DNA from: Clostridia bacterium
GTDB taxonomy: Bacteria > Bacillota > Clostridia > Oscillospirales > Acutalibacteraceae
Direction: 5' to 3'
Assembly: GCA_900771085.1 (NCBI GenBank)
Contig: CAAGMR010000016.1
Location: 16,284 to 80,283, forward strand
DNA length: 64,000 nt
The first letter of the stretch is position 1, and each line of letters starts with the position of its first letter. Under the pieces are notes generated by a model, which saw only the letters and a program-made list of their open reading frames with translations, ran no database searches and had not been told where the DNA came from. A program made the position numbers and the translations under genes. Positions 46,262-56,059 of this stretch are shown here, in pieces.

Positions 46262-47026
46262 TTAACCCAGATAAACTGCAACTCTGTCGAGTATGCGGTT
46301 GATGTTGTCGACCATGTTGATCATGCCGGCCATGTAAATGTTACCGGCACAAAGTTCAGCCATAGTGGAGGCTGTACCGTTAAAGAGTCCGTTTGCAAGG
46401 TCGATGGTTTTGAATTCCATGATTGCGCGAGGGTTGGAAGGCTTTGCCTTAATGAGTTTTAATTTGTGATCTTTTGCACTGATGGTAACGTAGCACTTGT
46501 CTGTGATACCCATCTGAACATCACCGTCAACAATATACGATGCAGAGAGTTTTGAAATGCTGTCGTTATTTGCGAGAGCGCAGATTGCACCACCGATGGT
46601 GTACATGGTGAGGATTGTTGATTTCTCGAAGAAATCACGGTTCTCCATGTCCTCGTCTGAAGGCATGAGATACTTTGTAAGAAGATCGGTCAGCTTGGTA
46701 AATGTAGTAAGAAGAAATACTAATGTACCGGCTGGGTTTTGAACAGGAATACCGGGTTTTCCGTCATCAATGAGAGCGTTGAATTTCTCAGCGGATGAGA
46801 ATTTCATCTTCATTGTGCAACCCTGGTCACCTTCGGTCATCTTGCATCCGTCTTTAGAAAAAGTGTAGGTTACGCAAGGGCCGTCCTGTACATCGAAACA
46901 GAGACCGACCGGCTTTTTAAGCTTTTTGCAGATTTCTTTTGCGTCGTTGTCGATTTCGCAAAGATTTTCAAGTGTTGCGAGAACGCCATAAGCGTTTACG
47001 TAGGCTAAAGCTACCGGTTCTTTCAA
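46262..47026 (-). CDS. Hypothetical protein with two SCP2-like (sterol-carrier/lipid-binding) halves, TTG start
   Basis: C-terminal GLFNGTASTMAELCAGNIYMAGMINMVDNINRIL resembles SCP2 C-terminal helix; RBS AAAGGAG; 12 nt upstream of aminotransferase. Confidence 0.4.
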   Translation of the reverse strand: MKEPVALAYVNAYGVLATLENLCEIDNDAKEICKKLKKPVGLCFDVQDGPCVTYTFSKDGCKMTEGDQGCTMKMKFSSAEKFNALIDDGKPGIPVQNPAGTLVFLLTTFTKLTDLLTKYLMPSDEDMENRDFFEKSTILTMYTIGGAICALANNDSISKLSASYIVDGDVQMGITDKCYVTISAKDHKLKLIKAKPSNPRAIMEFKTIDLANGLFNGTASTMAELCAGNIYMAGMINMVDNINRILDRVAVYLG

Positions 47027-47217
47027 TTAAAAAACTCCTTTCAAATTTCATATGCTCCAAAACATTTGCTGTCTTCAGTATATCATTTTTAAAGGCAATA
47101 TGAATGCATTTATTTTTGCTCAGGAAAAATGCCTGTGATATGCGTCTTTGTTTGCATAAGAGCGCGAAAAAAGGTACAATATTTATTTGTATAAGTCTAA
47201 TTATTGAAGTGATTTTT

Positions 47218-48234
47218 ATGAAAACAGAGCTTTTTTCCAATTCAAAAGAAGATATAAAAAAAGCCGGTGAATTGCTTAAAAAAGGTGAGCTTGTAGCTAT
47301 CCCGACTGAAACAGTATACGGACTGGCAGCAAATGCTCTTGATGGCAAAGCGGTAGCCAATATATTTGCCGCCAAAGGCCGCCCGATGGACAACCCTTTG
47401 ATCGTCCACATTGCAGACCTTCAGGATGTCGAAGACCTGGTTGCATATGTTCCCGATGTTCTTGAGGTACTCGCCAGAGAGTTCTGGCCGGGTCCGCTTA
47501 CCATTATCATGGACAAGTCGGGCATTATTCCGGACGAGGTAAGTGCGGGACTGGACACAGTCGCAATCCGCATGCCGTCCCACAAGACGGCACGCGCAAT
47601 TATCCGCGCAGCGGGAGTACCGCTTGCGGCACCAAGCGCCAATACATCCGGCAAGCCAAGCCCTACTACTGCCCAGCACGTTATGGATGACATGAATGGC
47701 AGGATTGCCGCTGTTGTCGATGGGGGAGCATCAGAGGTCGGCGTTGAGTCTACCGTGCTTACACTCTGCACACGCAGACCGAGGGTCTTAAGACCGGGCA
47801 GAATCACCGTTGAACAGCTCGAGGAAGTTCTTGGTGATGTAGATGTCGATGAAGCTGTTCTCGGACAGCTCGAAGAGGGACGAAAGGCACCATCACCGGG
47901 TATGAAGTACAAGCACTATTCTCCAAACGCAGAGGTGTTTGTTGTAAAGAGTTCAGCCGAAGCATTTGCAGACTTTGTAAACGCGAAGGATAAAGCTACT
48001 ACGGCCGCCCTTGTGTTTGAAGGCGAAGAAGACGGACTTTCCTGCACCACCATAAACTTTGGTAAAGAAAACGACGATCTCGCCCATGCAAACAGACTGT
48101 TTGCCGCCCTCAGAGAATGCGATGAAAAGGGCATGAAAGAAGTTTATGTCCGTTGTCCAAACAGTGACGGCGTTGGACTTGCAGTAATGAACAGACTGCT
48201 AAGAGCAGCAGAATTCCGAATCATTGAATTGTGA
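47218..48234 (+). CDS. tsaC: L-threonylcarbamoyladenylate synthase (Sua5/YwlC/TsaC family, YrdC + Sua5 C-domain)
   Basis: YrdC motifs (AIPTETVYGLAANA, ...PLAAPSANTSGKPSPTTA); 338 aa. Confidence 0.8.
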   Translation: MKTELFSNSKEDIKKAGELLKKGELVAIPTETVYGLAANALDGKAVANIFAAKGRPMDNPLIVHIADLQDVEDLVAYVPDVLEVLAREFWPGPLTIIMDKSGIIPDEVSAGLDTVAIRMPSHKTARAIIRAAGVPLAAPSANTSGKPSPTTAQHVMDDMNGRIAAVVDGGASEVGVESTVLTLCTRRPRVLRPGRITVEQLEEVLGDVDVDEAVLGQLEEGRKAPSPGMKYKHYSPNAEVFVVKSSAEAFADFVNAKDKATTAALVFEGEEDGLSCTTINFGKENDDLAHANRLFAALRECDEKGMKEVYVRCPNSDGVGLAVMNRLLRAAEFRIIEL

Positions 48235-48241
48235 GGACTGA

Positions 48242-48857
48242 AATGCGAAAAGCAATAGTAATAGGCCTTACCGGTCAGACCGGTGCCGGCAAGAGTACGG
48301 TTGCAAAGCTTCTCGAGAGCAAAGGCTGCGCTATAGTCAGCGCAGATGAGAAGGCCAGGGAAGTGGTTCTTCCGGGATCACCGATTTTACCGGAGCTGCA
48401 GACAGCTTTTGGTGAAGACGTGATTCGTGAGGACGGAACGCTTAACCGTGCGCTTCTGGCTGAGCGTGCATTTGCAGGCGAGGCAACAAAGAAAAAACTG
48501 AATGATATCATGCACCCTGCAATTGTGGGACTCATGGAAGAGGCGAAAGAAAACTTCATCTCTCTCGGTGAGACCGTGGTTGTAATGGATGCATCTCAAC
48601 TGTTTGAGGCGCACATGGAGAACATAGTGGATGCTGTTGTTTCTGTGGTTGCACCGGAAGATGAAAGAGCGGGACGTATCTGCAAAAGAGATTTGATCAG
48701 TGATTCGGCTGCCCGCCTTCGAATGAATGCACAGTTTTCGGAAGCCTTCTTCCGCGAGCATTCAGATTTCGTCGTTGAAAACGACGGAGACAGAAAACAC
48801 CTTGAAAAAGAAGTAGATAAACTTTTCAAATACATTAATACATTGAAGAAAGATTAA
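48242..48857 (+). CDS. coaE: Dephospho-CoA kinase
   Basis: P-loop GLTGQTGAGKST, CoaE size; RBS GAGGA. Confidence 0.85.
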
Positions 48858-48860
48858 TCT

Positions 48861-49454
48861 ATGGCTAAAAAAAGATATAAAAGAGGCGTTGCAAGAATAA
48901 GGCGGATTATTTCGGTGTCAATCGTTCTGGTCCTTGTCTTCGTGGCGCTTATAGAAACATATGATTACACATACGACAAATATCTTTATCCGGTAGACTA
49001 TACCAACTATGTCGACATATACGCCGAAGAATACGGCGTCGACAAGGCTCTGGTATATGCCGTGATAAAAACGGAAAGTGGCTTTAACTCGGAAGCAATT
49101 TCCAATGTCGGAGCCCAGGGTCTCATGCAGATGACTGAGGACACCTTCGAGTGGTTAAAGACTAAGACCGGGGAAGATTATTTACAGTTCAGCGATCTGT
49201 TTAAACCACAGGTTTCCATAAAATATGGAACATTGCTCCTTTCAATGCTGCTGGAGGATTTCAGCAACGACCCGAAAACAGCCCTCTCGGCGTATCACGC
49301 CGGCCGGGCATCGGTTCAATCCTGGCTTGAAAAGCCGGAGTACAGTGCAAACGGCAAAACACTTGATACTATCCCGAAAGAAGATACTCAGCATTATGTT
49401 GATAAGGTAATGTCAAGTCTTACACAATATGAAAAAATACTTTCAAGACAATAG
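48861..49454 (+). CDS. Lytic transglycosylase (SLT domain) with N-terminal membrane anchor
   Basis: SLT motifs ES.FN..A.S..GAQGLMQM and AYHAG. Confidence 0.7.
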   Translation: MAKKRYKRGVARIRRIISVSIVLVLVFVALIETYDYTYDKYLYPVDYTNYVDIYAEEYGVDKALVYAVIKTESGFNSEAISNVGAQGLMQMTEDTFEWLKTKTGEDYLQFSDLFKPQVSIKYGTLLLSMLLEDFSNDPKTALSAYHAGRASVQSWLEKPEYSANGKTLDTIPKEDTQHYVDKVMSSLTQYEKILSRQ

Positions 49455-49468
49455 AAAGAGGTTCAGTT

Positions 49469-50860
49469 ATGGACACAAAAGAACTTAAAGAGAAACTTTT
49501 TTACAAACCGGCACACATGGCAACAGTTGTAAATGAAGATGTCACAAAAAAGGCATTTGATTTTGCAGAGGGCTATAAGGCTTTTATGAGCGGTTACAAG
49601 ACCGAGAGAGAAATTGCGGCTTACTTTGAGGAAGAAGCAAAAAAACTCGGTTACACCGAGTTCGATAAGAGCAGTGCATATAAGCCGGGCGACAAGGTTT
49701 ACAGAGTAAACAGAGAAAAGTCAATCATCCTCTGCACCTTCGGTAAAAAGGATGTCAGCAACGGCGTAAAGATTGTTGCTTCTCACATTGATTCCCCACG
49801 TCTTGACTTAAAGCCAAACCCACTTTATGAGTCATCTGAACTTGCTCTTTTCAAGACTCACTACTATGGCGGAATCAAGAAGTATCAGTGGACTACCATT
49901 CCGCTTTCTCTTCACGGTGTTCTCGTTAAAGGCGATGGAACAAAGGTTACAGTAAACATAGGTGAGGACGAAAACGATCCTCTCTTTGTAATCACAGACC
50001 TTCTTCCACACCTTGGCGGCGAGCAGGGCAAGCGTACTCTCGGCCAGGGTATAAAGGGCGAGGAATTAAATATCCTTGTAGGCAGCCTTCCGTTTAACAG
50101 TGACGACGAGTCTGAGGCTGTAAAACTCAACATTCTCAACATCCTCAACGAAAAATACGGCATCGTTGAAAAGGACTTCATCACTGCAGAGCTCGAACTT
50201 GTTCCGGCATTCCCTGCAAAAGACATTGGCTTTGACCGCAGCTTAATCGGCGCATATGGTCACGATGACAGAGTTTGTGCTTATCCTGCAGCGATGGCCA
50301 ACTTCGCTATGACAGAGCCTGAGTACACAACAATAACCGTACTTACAGACAAAGAGGAAATCGGTTCAGACGGCAACACAGGCCTTAACTCTTCCTACTT
50401 CAAATATTTTGTTTATGACCTCGCTGAGAATATCGGTATCAAGGGTCATGACGTTCTTTCAAATAGTGAGTGTCTTTCTGCAGACGTTACTGCAGCATTT
50501 GACCCTACCTTCCCTGAACCAATGGAATCCCGCAATGCATCTTACTGCAACAAGGGTGTTGCCATTATGAAATACACAGGTTCAAGAGGCAAGTCAGGCA
50601 CATCAGACGCAACTGCCGAATTCTTCGGCAAGGTGCGCAAGGTTCTTGATGACAACGGCATCGTATGGCAGACAGGAGAACTTGGCAAGGTTGACGCCGG
50701 CGGCGGCGGAACCGTAGCAATGTACATTGCAAACCTTGATGTGGATGTTATCGATATCGGTGTTCCGGTTCTCTCCATGCATTCACCTTATGAAACTATC
50801 GCAAAGCTTGATCTTTACAGTTCATATCAGGCTTTTGAAGCATTCTTTGCAGCAAAATAA
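49469..50860 (+). CDS. M18-family aminopeptidase
   Basis: Size 463 aa and M18 (aspartyl aminopeptidase-like) motifs HIDSP, GGGGT; RBS AGAGG. Confidence 0.7.
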   Translation: MDTKELKEKLFYKPAHMATVVNEDVTKKAFDFAEGYKAFMSGYKTEREIAAYFEEEAKKLGYTEFDKSSAYKPGDKVYRVNREKSIILCTFGKKDVSNGVKIVASHIDSPRLDLKPNPLYESSELALFKTHYYGGIKKYQWTTIPLSLHGVLVKGDGTKVTVNIGEDENDPLFVITDLLPHLGGEQGKRTLGQGIKGEELNILVGSLPFNSDDESEAVKLNILNILNEKYGIVEKDFITAELELVPAFPAKDIGFDRSLIGAYGHDDRVCAYPAAMANFAMTEPEYTTITVLTDKEEIGSDGNTGLNSSYFKYFVYDLAENIGIKGHDVLSNSECLSADVTAAFDPTFPEPMESRNASYCNKGVAIMKYTGSRGKSGTSDATAEFFGKVRKVLDDNGIVWQTGELGKVDAGGGGTVAMYIANLDVDVIDIGVPVLSMHSPYETIAKLDLYSSYQAFEAFFAAK

Positions 50861-50881
50861 ATCTTTTTTGGAGTGTTTCGC

Positions 50882-51862
50882 ATGAAAGATAAATTTGGTC
50901 GCGAAATAACATATATGCGAATATCCGTAACAGACCGCTGCAATCTCCGCTGTGTTTACTGCATGCCGGAGGAAGGCGTTCAGTTGCTGTCTCATTCTCA
51001 GATACTGAGATACGAAGAAATAATTCGTCTGGTTCGTGTTGCTGCCTCAATGGGCATTAAAAAAATCCGTCTCACCGGCGGCGAACCGACTATCAGACAT
51101 TGCATTATCGACCTTGTTCGCGAGATAAAGAATACACCGGGCATAGAGGAGGTTGCCATTACAACCAATGGCATCCTTATTCCGGAAATGTTTGATGATC
51201 TCAAAGACGCAGGTCTCGATGGTGTAAACATAAGTATCGATACACTTGACCCTGACAGATTTGATGAAATCACCCGCAGAACAGGAAACCTGCCGAAGGT
51301 ACTGGAAGCCATTGATATCTGCGCAAACGGCGGAATCAATACGAAAGTAAACTGCGTTGCTATGAAGGGCGTTAACGAAGATGAAATCTGCGATATCGCC
51401 CGTCTTGCAAAAGACCGAGATATCTGTGTCCGCTTCATCGAGTTTATGCCTATCGGCAAGAACGACTTTGAAAAAGCTATTTACACGGACGAAATCATTG
51501 AAATACTTACCAATGAGTTTGGTGAACTTACACCTGACAGCGAGAAGCACGGAAACGGTCCTGCAAAGTACTACAAGGTTCCGGGCTTTAAAGGCAGAAT
51601 TGGCGTAATCTCTGCAATGAGTAACTGTTTCTGTGAGGAGTGCAACCGTATTCGTCTTACATCTGACGGGCTTCTGAAGCTTTGCCTCCAGTACAATATC
51701 GGTGTAAACCTTACCGATATGCTCAGAGCGGGCGCTACCGACCGCGCACTTATGGAGGAATTCCAGAGAGCAGTCAACATGAAGCCGGAGAAGCATACAT
51801 TTAACAACTACTTAGATAAACCGGACATCGACAACCGCGCTATGTCCAAGGTTGGAGGATAA
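50882..51862 (+). CDS. moaA: GTP 3',8-cyclase (radical SAM) MoaA
   Basis: CNLRCVYCMP radical-SAM cluster, C-terminal CxxC..C auxiliary cluster (CFCEECNRIRLTSDG). Confidence 0.9.
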   Translation: MKDKFGREITYMRISVTDRCNLRCVYCMPEEGVQLLSHSQILRYEEIIRLVRVAASMGIKKIRLTGGEPTIRHCIIDLVREIKNTPGIEEVAITTNGILIPEMFDDLKDAGLDGVNISIDTLDPDRFDEITRRTGNLPKVLEAIDICANGGINTKVNCVAMKGVNEDEICDIARLAKDRDICVRFIEFMPIGKNDFEKAIYTDEIIEILTNEFGELTPDSEKHGNGPAKYYKVPGFKGRIGVISAMSNCFCEECNRIRLTSDGLLKLCLQYNIGVNLTDMLRAGATDRALMEEFQRAVNMKPEKHTFNNYLDKPDIDNRAMSKVGG

Positions 51863-51866
51863 AGGA

Positions 51867-52376
51867 ATGGAAAAAGAACAGGTAATTTTCAACGCAGCAA
51901 TCATCACTGCATCTGACAAAGGTTCACGCGGAGAGCGTGTAGACCTTTCAGGTCCAAAAATTCAGGAAATCATTGAACCTGCAGGATACAAAGTAGTCAG
52001 CTATGTTGTGGTTCCGGATGAATTTGACGATCTCGCAAATGAAATGAAGCGTCTTGCAGACGAAGGCATTGCAGACATCATTTTCACAACAGGCGGTACA
52101 GGTTTCTCAATGAGAGACGTAACTCCTGAAGCAACAAAGGCTGTATGCGACCGCGAAGTTCCGGGCATCCCTGAGGCAATGCGTGCATATTCTATGACAA
52201 TTACAAAGAAAGCAATGCTTTCCCGCGCAGCTGCCGGCATCCGCAAGCAGACTCTTATTGTCAATATGCCGGGCAGCCCAAAGGCTGTTGAGGAAAGTCT
52301 TACATACATCCTTGATCCGCTCCGCCACGGTCTTGAGATTCTCAAGGGCGAAGCATCAGAATGTGCAAGAAAGTAA
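51867..52376 (+). CDS. mogA: Molybdenum cofactor biosynthesis protein MoaB/MogA family
   Basis: MoCF_biosynth motifs (TTGGTGFS, ITASDKGS); RBS GGAGGA. Confidence 0.75.
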   Translation: MEKEQVIFNAAIITASDKGSRGERVDLSGPKIQEIIEPAGYKVVSYVVVPDEFDDLANEMKRLADEGIADIIFTTGGTGFSMRDVTPEATKAVCDREVPGIPEAMRAYSMTITKKAMLSRAAAGIRKQTLIVNMPGSPKAVEESLTYILDPLRHGLEILKGEASECARK

Positions 52377-52389
52377 TTAGGAGATAAGA

Positions 52390-53604
52390 ATGCTTACTGT
52401 TAAGACTTCTGCCGAGGCTGAGCAGATTATAAAAGATAACTTTGGCGCAATCTCAATGCCTGAAGAATCGGTTGACGTTCTTGAGTCTGTCGGACGCATC
52501 CTTGCGGAAGACATAATGGCTTCTGAAGACGTGCCCGGCTTCAACCGTTCAACCGTAGACGGTTACGCTGTCTGCGCGTCCGATACATTTGGCTGCAGTG
52601 AATCCATCCCGGCCCTTCTTGACTACAAGGGTGAGGTAAAGATGGGTGAGGCACCGAAGTTCTCAATCGGAAAATACCAGTGTGCATATGTCCCGACAGG
52701 CGGAGAGTTGCCTGAAGGCGCAGATGCCATGGTAATGATAGAATACGCGGAAGACTATGGCGATGGCACACGTGCAATGCTCAAGCCATCAGCTCCGGGA
52801 CAGCATGTCACATATAAGGGTGACGATGTAAAATGTGGCGAAGTGGTAGTGCCAAAGGGCACAATGGTTGAGCCTCGCCACGTTGCAAGCATGGCAGCAC
52901 TCGGCTATGGAACCGTGAAGGTTTACAGGAAACCGGTTATTGGTGTTATTTCAACAGGCGATGAACTTGTTGATATTACAGAGACACCAAAGGGAGCCGA
53001 AGTTCGCGATATCAACTCATTTGAAATATGCGCAACCCTTAAGAAAATGGGCTGCGACTGCAAGCGTTACGGAATAGTCCGTGACGATATCCCGACTCTC
53101 AGAGCAACCATCGAGGATGCTCTTGCCACCTGCGACGCAGTTGTTACTTCAGGTGGCAGCTCTGTTGGTGTAAAAGATGCAACATTCAGGGTTTATGACG
53201 AACTTGGTGCGGTGCTTTTTCACGGTATTGCCATTAAACCGGGCAAACCGACAATCGCTGCAAACATAGACGGCAAACCGGCGTTTGGCCTTCCGGGCCA
53301 CCCGCTTGCAGCCTTTTATGTTTTCAATATTTTCGTAAAGCCGATTATCAACAGTATGGCAGGCTACAGTTCAAAGAACGAAACTGTAAAAGCTACTCTC
53401 ATGCGTGCCATTCCATGCAATCACGGACGTGAGGAATGCGTAGGTATAAAGCTTCACGAAACTGAAGCAGGCCTTGTGGCAGAGCCTGCTTTTACAAAGT
53501 CCGGCCTTATCAGCGTATTAGCAAAGACCGACGGATATATACGCATTTCACGTGACTGTGAAGGCTTGTCACAAGGAGACGAAGTGGAGGTTGAGCTTTT
53601 CTGA
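52390..53604 (+). CDS. moeA: Molybdopterin molybdotransferase MoeA
   Basis: MoeA N/MoCF/C domains, GGVSVG-like SGGSSVG motif. Confidence 0.85.
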   Translation: MLTVKTSAEAEQIIKDNFGAISMPEESVDVLESVGRILAEDIMASEDVPGFNRSTVDGYAVCASDTFGCSESIPALLDYKGEVKMGEAPKFSIGKYQCAYVPTGGELPEGADAMVMIEYAEDYGDGTRAMLKPSAPGQHVTYKGDDVKCGEVVVPKGTMVEPRHVASMAALGYGTVKVYRKPVIGVISTGDELVDITETPKGAEVRDINSFEICATLKKMGCDCKRYGIVRDDIPTLRATIEDALATCDAVVTSGGSSVGVKDATFRVYDELGAVLFHGIAIKPGKPTIAANIDGKPAFGLPGHPLAAFYVFNIFVKPIINSMAGYSSKNETVKATLMRAIPCNHGREECVGIKLHETEAGLVAEPAFTKSGLISVLAKTDGYIRISRDCEGLSQGDEVEVELF

Positions 53605-55490
53605 TGAAGTACGAGTATCTTACAAACACCCCATTAAATGAGGCTGTTGAAACATATTTAAATGCATTGAAAGCGGCAGGAATGACATATAAGACTGAAG
53701 TGGTTCCTGTTCCGGAGGCCTGCGGCCGCGTAACGGCCAAGGCCATTTATGCGCATATTTGCGCACCACATTACAATGCGTCCGCAATGGACGGCATTGC
53801 TCTTATGGCAGATGTTACATTTGGCGCTACAGAAACAACCCCTGTACGCCTTACAAAGGATCAGTTCATTGTTGTCGACACCGGTGACCCGATGCCTGAA
53901 GGCACAGACGCCGTTGTTATGGTAGAGGACGTGGTTCACGATGGTGAGGATGTTCTTCTCTACGGCGCAGCTACCCCATGGCAGCACGTTCGCCAGATAG
54001 GTGAAGATGTATGTGCCGGAGATATGATCCTTCCATCATTTACCGAAATTGTACCTGCAGCGCTCGGCGCCTGCCTCGCCGGCGGCGTTCTCGAGGTTGA
54101 AGTTATCAAAGCCCCTGTTGTAGGACTCATTCCTACAGGTGATGAGATTGTAACTCCACGTGCAGACCCTAAGCCGGGTGACATTATCGAGTTCAACTCA
54201 TCAATATTTGGCGGTATTCTCGAGACCTGGGGTGCAGTTCCAAAGAAGTATCCTATTGTTAAAGATATTAAGGAAGATATCGTTGCAGCTCTTACAAAGG
54301 CAACTGAGGAATGCGATGCCGTTATTATCAACGCAGGTTCATCTGCAGGCCGCGATGACTATTCATCATATGCCATCGGAACAATCGGCGAAGTTGTAAT
54401 GCACGGTATTGCAATCAAACCGGGTAAGCCTGCAATCCTTGGTATGGCTGGCGGCACACCGATTCTCGGCGTACCGGGTTACCCTGTTTCAGGTATCATC
54501 GTTCTCGAGCAGATTATGAAACCTGTTATCGAAGAACTTACAAAGCGCAATCTTCACAGAGGTGAAAAGGTAGAGGCCACTATTTCAAGAAACCTCAACT
54601 CTTCACTTAAATACGAAGAATTTGTTCGTGTTCGTCTCGGTCTTACAGAAAACGGTGAGTTTGCTGCCGTTCCTCTCTCAAGAGGCGCAGGTGTTGTAAC
54701 ATCATTCGTAAAAGCTGACGGTCTTCTTACCGTCCCACAGGACAGCGAAGGTTATGAGCCGGGCGACAAGGTGGAAGTAGACCTTCTTCGCTCAAAGGAC
54801 GAGCTTCAGTCCATGCTCACAATCATCGGTTCACATGACCCTATCATCGACGAGATAACAGACATCTTAAAGAGAGAATTCCCTGACACCTTCATTTCAT
54901 CTTCTCATGTGGGTTCCATGGGCGCTGTTATGGCAGTCAAGAGAGGAGAGGCACAGCTTGGTGCCATCCACCTTCTCGATGAAGAGACAGGTAAGTATAA
55001 TGACTCTTACGTTGAACGCTATTTCCCTAACGGCGGCGTAAAGCTCGTTAAAGGCGTTAAGCGTATTCAGGGTATCATGGTTGCCACCGGAAACCCTAAG
55101 GGCATTAAGACTTTTGCAGACCTCGCAGCACCGGGTATTTCTTACGTAAACCGTCAGAAGGGCTCAGGAACAAGAATCCTCTGCGACTATCTCTGCAAGG
55201 AAAACAATATTGACCCTGACACCATCTACGGATACAACAGAGAAGAGTTCACACATACATCTGTTGCGGCTCAGATTGCTACAGGTTCTGCAGATGCCGG
55301 ACTTGGAATTTACTCTGCAGCAAAGACTTATGGTCTTGACTTTATCCCTATCTGCGATGAGGAGTACGATTTCCTCATTGATGAAAAGGCCTTTGAAACA
55401 GAAAAGGTTCAGCGCTTTATTGAAACCCTTCATACTGATGAATTCAAACAGCGCCTTCAGATGCTTGGCGGATATTCCACCTGGGATTAA
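53604..55490 (+). CDS. MoeA paralog fused to C-terminal periplasmic-binding-protein-like (PBP-like) domain
   Basis: N-terminal 400 aa MoeA-like (NAGSSAGRDD), C-terminal ~220 aa PBP-like domain; ATGA-type overlap with moeA. Confidence 0.8.
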   Translation: MKYEYLTNTPLNEAVETYLNALKAAGMTYKTEVVPVPEACGRVTAKAIYAHICAPHYNASAMDGIALMADVTFGATETTPVRLTKDQFIVVDTGDPMPEGTDAVVMVEDVVHDGEDVLLYGAATPWQHVRQIGEDVCAGDMILPSFTEIVPAALGACLAGGVLEVEVIKAPVVGLIPTGDEIVTPRADPKPGDIIEFNSSIFGGILETWGAVPKKYPIVKDIKEDIVAALTKATEECDAVIINAGSSAGRDDYSSYAIGTIGEVVMHGIAIKPGKPAILGMAGGTPILGVPGYPVSGIIVLEQIMKPVIEELTKRNLHRGEKVEATISRNLNSSLKYEEFVRVRLGLTENGEFAAVPLSRGAGVVTSFVKADGLLTVPQDSEGYEPGDKVEVDLLRSKDELQSMLTIIGSHDPIIDEITDILKREFPDTFISSSHVGSMGAVMAVKRGEAQLGAIHLLDEETGKYNDSYVERYFPNGGVKLVKGVKRIQGIMVATGNPKGIKTFADLAAPGISYVNRQKGSGTRILCDYLCKENNIDPDTIYGYNREEFTHTSVAAQIATGSADAGLGIYSAAKTYGLDFIPICDEEYDFLIDEKAFETEKVQRFIETLHTDEFKQRLQMLGGYSTWD

Positions 55491-55532
55491 AAATAAAAAA
55501 AGAGCTCCCGATAAGGGAGCTCTTTTTATTTT
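55489..55532. terminator. Bidirectional rho-independent terminator
   Basis: AGAGCTCCC-gataa-GGGAGCTCT flanked by A12 and T-tract between convergent genes. Confidence 0.65.
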
Positions 55533-55534
55533 GT

Positions 55535-56059
55535 TTAACCTATTACCAGAGCAACCAGATAAGGAAGCGCTGCGATGTAAAGGGTTGCAGTTACAATTGA
55601 AAGCCCTGTGCTTTCAACATAAGCTCCGGCTCTGAGAATTGCTGCCGGAACTGCAAGGAGAATCTTCTTTGACTTTTTCATATCACCATCGAAGATATCA
55701 GACCACATCTTAAGTGCGTCTTCCACCAGAGGGAATGCACTTACAAGGAATGTGATGCCGATGTAAAGAAGTATGATTGAAAGCGGATCTGTCGTTCCAA
55801 GGTAGAATATATTTACTGCGCTTGGAAAAGCAACGACAGTACCAAGAATCAGCATTATGATGTGCGGCCAGAAGCATATGGCAAAGCTATGCTTTTCGGC
55901 CAGCATATGCTCGCAATGACCTGCAAGTTCATTGCGTTCAAGATAGTCTGAGAACTCAACCGGTATACCGAGTATTCTGCAGAAAAGATGCTCGAGGAAT
56001 CCTTTGACAAGTGAGCCCGGGAAGCAAATGAATTTTACGATTGAATAAAAGATTACCAT
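55535..56059 (-). CDS. Hypothetical integral membrane protein (possibly DUF3267-like)
   Basis: 4 predicted TM helices; no firm family assignment. Confidence 0.4.
   Translation of the reverse strand: MVIFYSIVKFICFPGSLVKGFLEHLFCRILGIPVEFSDYLERNELAGHCEHMLAEKHSFAICFWPHIIMLILGTVVAFPSAVNIFYLGTTDPLSIILLYIGITFLVSAFPLVEDALKMWSDIFDGDMKKSKKILLAVPAAILRAGAYVESTGLSIVTATLYIAALPYLVALVIG

Noticed and set aside
46968-47411. 147-aa minus-strand ORF spanning the 47027-47217 intergenic region and the tsaC start
   Set aside because: Overlaps the tsaC 5' end and the promoter region, with no RBS; AT-rich intergenic DNA commonly yields such ORFs.
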